DNA of 64,000 nucleotides from Catajapyx aquilonaris. Taxonomy: Eukaryota. Positions 63,358 to 64,000 of the stretch are shown here, piece by piece (the stretch's first letter is position 1; the number at the start of each line of letters is the position of its first letter). Below the pieces are notes generated by a model that had not been told where the DNA came from, did no database searches, and worked only from the letters and a program-made list of their open reading frames with translations. A program made the position numbers and the translations under genes. The stretch spans positions 124,001-188,000 of the forward strand of contig KZ537959.1 of the NCBI GenBank assembly GCA_000934665.2. Direction: 5' to 3'.

Positions 63358-64000
63358 CTTAACACTCTTACCACCTGATAAACCTAGCGCTACAAAACTC
63401 TTCTTCTCTCGCTAGATTTACTGCCGTTATTCTGAAAACTCATCCGGATTTTAGCCTCTGACATGGAGTGTGTATGCGACTGTACAGTGCATGTGGGTTG
63501 ACACTGGGCCTTCGTGCACGTAAGTCACCTCTTTCTGTTGCTGCGGAGTAATTCTGTTCGGAAATTTGCATAGTACTGTGAGATCCTGGATAACTCGAGA
63601 AACACCACCTTTGATGTAGTCTGCAAATGAGGTGGTAAGAAGGCTTGATCAGTGCCTTGCAGACTAAATGGATCGTTTAGAGTGAGTGATGTGAGGGAAA
63701 AGTCCACAAATAAGGGCTCATTACTGCCAGGGCAGTGGTTAGAAGAATACGCAATCTGTTTATCGGTTATTGGATAACCAATTTGTGCCAAAGTTTTTCT
63801 TCATAACTGCACGAAATATTTAAAAAGGCACGGCCCTGTTCTTTTATGCATCGGTTTTAATAAAACGATGAATGCACAGTTATTAGCCTGACATGACCTG
63901 TCGTCATACTGTCATAGACTACTAAGATTACAAGCTGACCTGCAACGCTCGATAAACGAGAAAAATTGGCACAGTTCCACGGGAAACCCACGCTTGAGTA

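Noticed and set aside
1..64000. Prokaryotic systems (operons, CRISPR arrays, defence islands)
   Set aside because: No gene-dense coding, no regularly spaced repeat-spacer array, and clear eukaryotic hallmarks (SINE, microsatellites, spliceosomal signals).

Overview
This 64 kb window is non-coding-looking eukaryotic DNA with no recognisable protein-coding gene. The ORFs in the track are short, overlap on both strands, and are mostly low-complexity products of microsatellites and purine/pyrimidine runs. CpG is abundant and there is a tRNA-derived SINE with an insect-type body, so an arthropod genome is likely (inference). GC/GA-rich blocks alternate with AT-rich blocks of decayed transposons. 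The strongest signal is two near-perfect recursive-splice ('ratchet point') motifs on the + strand at 21312/21313 and 59274/59275. Each has a polypyrimidine tract, CAG|GTGAGT, and a second donor 45-56 nt downstream. This suggests the window lies inside a very long intron of a + strand gene that is spliced stepwise. Supported mobile elements are: a ~1.3 kb TA-flanked pogo/Tc1-mariner-type non-autonomous element with a nested ~315 bp fold-back, a full-length SINE with a target-site duplication, and a 44-bp retroposed tail with an 18-bp target-site duplication. All calls were made by eye; no searches were run.
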